A DNA stretch of 10,096 bases, taken from positions 1 through 10,096 of the forward strand of contig JBNJGH010000116.1 in the NCBI GenBank assembly GCA_051747585.1. Direction: 5' to 3'. Source of the DNA: Candidatus Rifleibacteriota bacterium (GTDB lineage: Bacteria; Muiribacteriota; Ozemobacteria; Ozemobacterales; Ozemobacteraceae). Both the position numbers and the translations under genes were made by a program. This document shows positions 6,674-10,096 of the stretch, piece after piece. Position 1 is the first letter of the stretch. Each line of letters opens with the position of its first letter. A model generated the notes under the pieces. That model searched no databases and was not told where the DNA came from. It saw nothing but the letters and a program-made list of their open reading frames with translations.

Positions 6674-7975
6674 ATGTGGGAAAAAATGTTAAATGCAATC
6701 AGAATTTCCGACCCGATTTTGCTGGGTCACTACCTTAACCTCGAACCCAGCCTGGTCTATGACCACGACCACCAAAGAAGAACACTGCTGCACCATGCCG
6801 CCAGAAGCAGCAATGCAGCAACAATCTTCGAATTACTTAAAAAGGGTGCCAGAGCAGACATTCAAGATTCACACGGCTGGACCCCTTTACATGTTGCATG
6901 CCGCACCAACAATAAAGCAGCAGTCATTCTTTTTATCGAATCTGGAATGAAGCTCAACATAACCTCACAAGCAAGAGAAACTCCTCTACACATAGCCGCT
7001 AGACACAACAATAGCAATATATCCGCCAGGCTTCTTGCTGCCGGAGCTACAGCAAATTTTTCCAACGCATGCGGCAACACTCCTCTACATATAGCTGCAA
7101 GTTCTGGCTTCATAGCCACGTCAAAGGTTCTGCTAACTGGTAAAGCAGAAGTTAATGCCAAAAATTTCGAAAGTTGCACCCCATTACACTTGAGCGCTAT
7201 TCACAAAAAGCTTGCTTGTGCTGAGCTGTTGATTCGTCACAATGCCGACCCTGATTTAGCTGACAAAAAAGAACGAGATTTTTTTGATCTTACCGGAATT
7301 TGCGGCAAAGATATCTTTATCAGACACTTACACAGGCTTGCCGGCGAAGAAGCAAATTCCGACTTAAACTTCGACACCAGCAACCTGAAAGTTGAATCAT
7401 TCTTTGACAGCAAATACCGGCCCGATATCCACCCTGGTTTGAAAAATTTAATAAAAAGCTTTGTTTATGGTCTGATATGTGGTCAGTCAAGAGTACAAAA
7501 GTGGCGAACTTCCAAAGTAATTGAAGCCGTTTTGTGGTTTCTGGTATTTCCGCTATTGCTCTATAGTCTTTATGCAGGTTTCAGCACAGGAACTATTCCA
7601 CTGCTGGTAAGCTTTAATTCAAGAGCATTATCCAGCAGTCTTGGTGGGTCAACTCAACATTTGTTTAATACGCTGCTGGTTTTTCTCTGTTCATATGCTC
7701 TTGTATCAACAGAAAAAGAAAACGCTTCATACCTGTATTTTTTAAAAAATCTACGCGAATCAATACATTTCAGAGTTCTTCATTTTGCCTTAATAGAACT
7801 TACTTTCTTTCACAAACTGGTTTTCAACCCTGATTTCTTCAAACAATTCACTATTTTCTGGTTTTGTTTTGTTTTGTTATATTCTCTATCTTATCTTTTC
7901 TGGTGGGGAAGAATATTTCTGCACAACCGGAAGCATTTCGAAAAACAATTCAATGATTACATCCTGAATACCTGA
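6674..7975 (+). CDS. Ankyrin-repeat protein with C-terminal multi-pass membrane domain
   Basis: Five consecutive 33-aa ankyrin repeats (TLLHHAA, TPLHVAC, TPLHIAA, TPLHIAA, TPLHLSA; nt 6776-7270) and about 4 hydrophobic helices (nt ~7517-7921). ATG 6674 preferred over TTG 6602 because AGGAG (6662-6666) lies 7 nt upstream of it. Confidence 0.9.
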   Translation: MWEKMLNAIRISDPILLGHYLNLEPSLVYDHDHQRRTLLHHAARSSNAATIFELLKKGARADIQDSHGWTPLHVACRTNNKAAVILFIESGMKLNITSQARETPLHIAARHNNSNISARLLAAGATANFSNACGNTPLHIAASSGFIATSKVLLTGKAEVNAKNFESCTPLHLSAIHKKLACAELLIRHNADPDLADKKERDFFDLTGICGKDIFIRHLHRLAGEEANSDLNFDTSNLKVESFFDSKYRPDIHPGLKNLIKSFVYGLICGQSRVQKWRTSKVIEAVLWFLVFPLLLYSLYAGFSTGTIPLLVSFNSRALSSSLGGSTQHLFNTLLVFLCSYALVSTEKENASYLYFLKNLRESIHFRVLHFALIELTFFHKLVFNPDFFKQFTIFWFCFVLLYSLSYLFWWGRIFLHNRKHFEKQFNDYILNT

Positions 7976-8030
7976 GCTTACAAACCAGCAGCAACAATTT
8001 AAAATTTTTTACAATTTTGAATCTAGCATT

Positions 8031-8039
8031 TGTTATAAT
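8031..8039 (+). promoter_or_regulatory. Extended -10 promoter element
   Basis: TGtTATAAT is a perfect TGn-TATAAT, 50 nt upstream of ATG 8090, with AT-rich upstream sequence. No well-spaced -35. Confidence 0.6.
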
Positions 8040-8089
8040 CAAAATTGGAGTTTTTGCCCCATAATGCCCTGGCAACTGAAAGTCAAAGT

Positions 8090-10096
8090 ATGAATCAAAG
8101 AAAAAAATTGCTGCCATATTTGCTGATTTCAGGCCTATGCCTGATCACCCTGTTAATTTTAAACATTGGCTTTGAATTTATAAGCAGCAGAGATTTACAA
8201 AAAAGCGAACAGGAACAGTCTAATGACGCCAGGCAAATACTTGGGGCTCTGGCAAAAGGTGCAAAGTTCGATTTTCATTTATCCAGACTCGCCAAACGAA
8301 TCAAACTGAGCTTAGAAAAGCATTTTTCGCATCAAACACATCCTGCCCCCCCGGCACCATTCAAGGTTAAATCTCTGGTTCCTAAGCATTTTCCCGATAA
8401 CGATCTATGGGCATTTAAACGTAAGGGCGACAAATTCAGAACAATTGAAGCTCCCATGCCCACTTCCATTAGTCGCCGTGGTATGGCCAAGGCCTTCAAC
8501 ATTCTTGCCAACAATAAAACCGGCAAGGCTGATAACAAAGTGCTCGATTACTTTTTTGGCCCGGGTATGAAAGTTAAATTTCTGGCCTTGCGCAACGGTA
8601 TGCCTTCAAGAGTTATTTATGACAAACAACCTCATATACTGATCTGGGACACTATAAAAAGCGAAGAAGAAATAAGCGGCGGTTTTTTTGTGCTGGTACC
8701 CTGGTCTGAAAACCTCAATCTTTATGCCATGAAAACTCGAACCAGAGAGTTTGAAAATTCTGCTTCAATAAAAGATTCCGACGATCAGACCAAATCCTTT
8801 GCCGGTTATATTAGAATTTTTGACTCAGAAAAAAAGTCTTTTTATCCGGCTGCAATGAAAAACAAAGATGAATTTTTTACTTTTTTCCAAACCTGGCAAA
8901 AACCAGCAAACTTAGTAAAACTTGAACGAGAACCCCTGCCCTGGGGATCTGAAATCAACAAAAACTGGAGGCTTTACACCAAGGTAATTCCATTCTCCAG
9001 CCACCTTGCTTTTGTAATTCTGCGCGATCATCGCAATAAGAAGCAATTCGGCTCGATTTTAAAACTTTTGAATATTGTTTTTCTTTTCTGCTTATTTCTA
9101 TTGTTTGCCGCTTATCTACAACAGATAAAACTCCCTGCAATCAACCTTAAAATCCGATTTACCCTTCTATTTTTCGCGTTGACTTCAATTCCTTTTGCAT
9201 TGTTTTTCATTTCCAGCCAAATGCACCTGCAGGAAGAACGGACAACCCTGGAACGAGAAGCCCGCAGCGAGCTTTCAAATGCTATTGCATCCTTTGATGA
9301 TAACGTAGACAAGGTTTACCTGAAATATCGCAAAAAACTACACAAGCTACGCGATGTAAAATGGCTGCAAAATAAGCAGTTCAAAAAGTTCCACAACAAA
9401 AAACCATTAACCGAAATGGTTGCTGAATATCTCGAAAGCCTCGATCCTCCGTTGCCGTGGGCTACTATATTTTTCGTAAATCCTTATGGCGAAATGCTAA
9501 GCACTTACAACTCCAAAAAGCATGAAATTATGCTTGAAGGCGTTGCTCAGTTCAGTCGGGTTGGCTTAATAGAAGCAATGCGCCTGAATAAAGGGATTCC
9601 TTCCATACAGGATGATCCGGCAAGCGCGAAAATTTCCGATGCGGATATTGCCCTGAAAAGCGCATATGAGACAGAAGTAAAGTTGCCTGTCTATCATGCT
9701 TTCTCCAATCGAATTATCGGCAATACTACCAAACTGTCTCTGGATGAGTCTTCAATTGTCAGATACATAGACTATTTTCCCAATTCTTCCAACCCGGTAA
9801 CCGGACTATGCATTATCTGGGTAGAAACTGATTTGGACGAAGTTTTCTGTCTGCAGGCAATTAAAAACATAAGAAAATTCCATCCGGGATTTGGTTTCAA
9901 TATTTATAAAAACACAAATGGTGGCATAATAAAAATAGCCCGGAATCTCAAGCACTCAGATTTAAACAAAGAGGCCTTAATTGCTGCCAACAGAGGAAGC
10001 ACCTATTTTTCACAAAATGAGCAGCAAATACTCAAAGTTGCAATGCCATCAAAGAGAAGACCACAACTTATACTCACCGGGTCTATGAATGTCAGC
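8090..10096 (+). CDS. Large membrane sensor-like protein, 3'-truncated by the window (output domain not visible)
   Basis: Manual translation from ATG 8090 is open to the window end (669 codons, MNQRKKLLPYLLISGLCLITLLILNIGF...LILTGSMNVS). It has TM1 at the N-terminus, a ~290-aa soluble domain, a TM pair at ~9056-9215 and a second ~290-aa soluble domain. Absent from the ORF track, presumably because there is no stop codon in the window. Confidence 0.88.
   Translation, partial: MNQRKKLLPYLLISGLCLITLLILNIGFEFISSRDLQKSEQEQSNDARQILGALAKGAKFDFHLSRLAKRIKLSLEKHFSHQTHPAPPAPFKVKSLVPKHFPDNDLWAFKRKGDKFRTIEAPMPTSISRRGMAKAFNILANNKTGKADNKVLDYFFGPGMKVKFLALRNGMPSRVIYDKQPHILIWDTIKSEEEISGGFFVLVPWSENLNLYAMKTRTREFENSASIKDSDDQTKSFAGYIRIFDSEKKSFYPAAMKNKDEFFTFFQTWQKPANLVKLEREPLPWGSEINKNWRLYTKVIPFSSHLAFVILRDHRNKKQFGSILKLLNIVFLFCLFLLFAAYLQQIKLPAINLKIRFTLLFFALTSIPFALFFISSQMHLQEERTTLEREARSELSNAIASFDDNVDKVYLKYRKKLHKLRDVKWLQNKQFKKFHNKKPLTEMVAEYLESLDPPLPWATIFFVNPYGEMLSTYNSKKHEIMLEGVAQFSRVGLIEAMRLNKGIPSIQDDPASAKISDADIALKSAYETEVKLPVYHAFSNRIIGNTTKLSLDESSIVRYIDYFPNSSNPVTGLCIIWVETDLDEVFCLQAIKNIRKFHPGFGFNIYKNTNGGIIKIARNLKHSDLNKEALIAANRGSTYFSQNEQQILKVAMPSKRRPQLILTGSMNVS

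Noticed and set aside
6693..7179. Alternative-frame ORFs 6693-6950 (+) and 6862-7179 (-)
   Set aside because: Nested in the ankyrin repeats; frame shadows with no independent evidence.
8332..9312. Minus-strand ORFs 8332-8538, 8955-9140 and 9112-9312
   Set aside because: Antisense to the continuous 669-codon plus-strand frame starting at 8090.

Overview
AT-rich bacterial chromosomal window with eight credible protein-coding genes. I see no rRNA, tRNA, CRISPR array, transposase or integrase. Minus strand (3020 to 162): a two-repeat polytopic membrane protein of the DUF1576 type, a tightly linked stand-alone 118-aa GHKL/HATPase domain with RsbW/SpoIIAB-like features, and a zinc-ribbon plus coiled-coil protein. 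Plus strand: an exported protein with an Fn3-like domain and a complete four-repeat DnaJ-type CxxCxGxG zinc finger; an intergenic cluster of nested palindromes and a REP-like hairpin; a 4-TM protein with a C-terminal beta-rich domain followed by a small membrane-anchored helical partner; an ankyrin-repeat protein with about 4 C-terminal TM helices behind a long structured leader; and a large membrane sensor-like ORF (8090 to beyond the window end) missing from the supplied ORF track. From memory, that last architecture resembles large sensor proteins of Candidatus Riflebacteria, but the taxonomy is unverified. The best candidates for uncharacterised systems are the DUF1576 + orphan HATPase pair, the ankyrin-TM protein and the exported DnaJ-zinc-finger protein. 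All family calls come from motif recognition by eye, not database searches.
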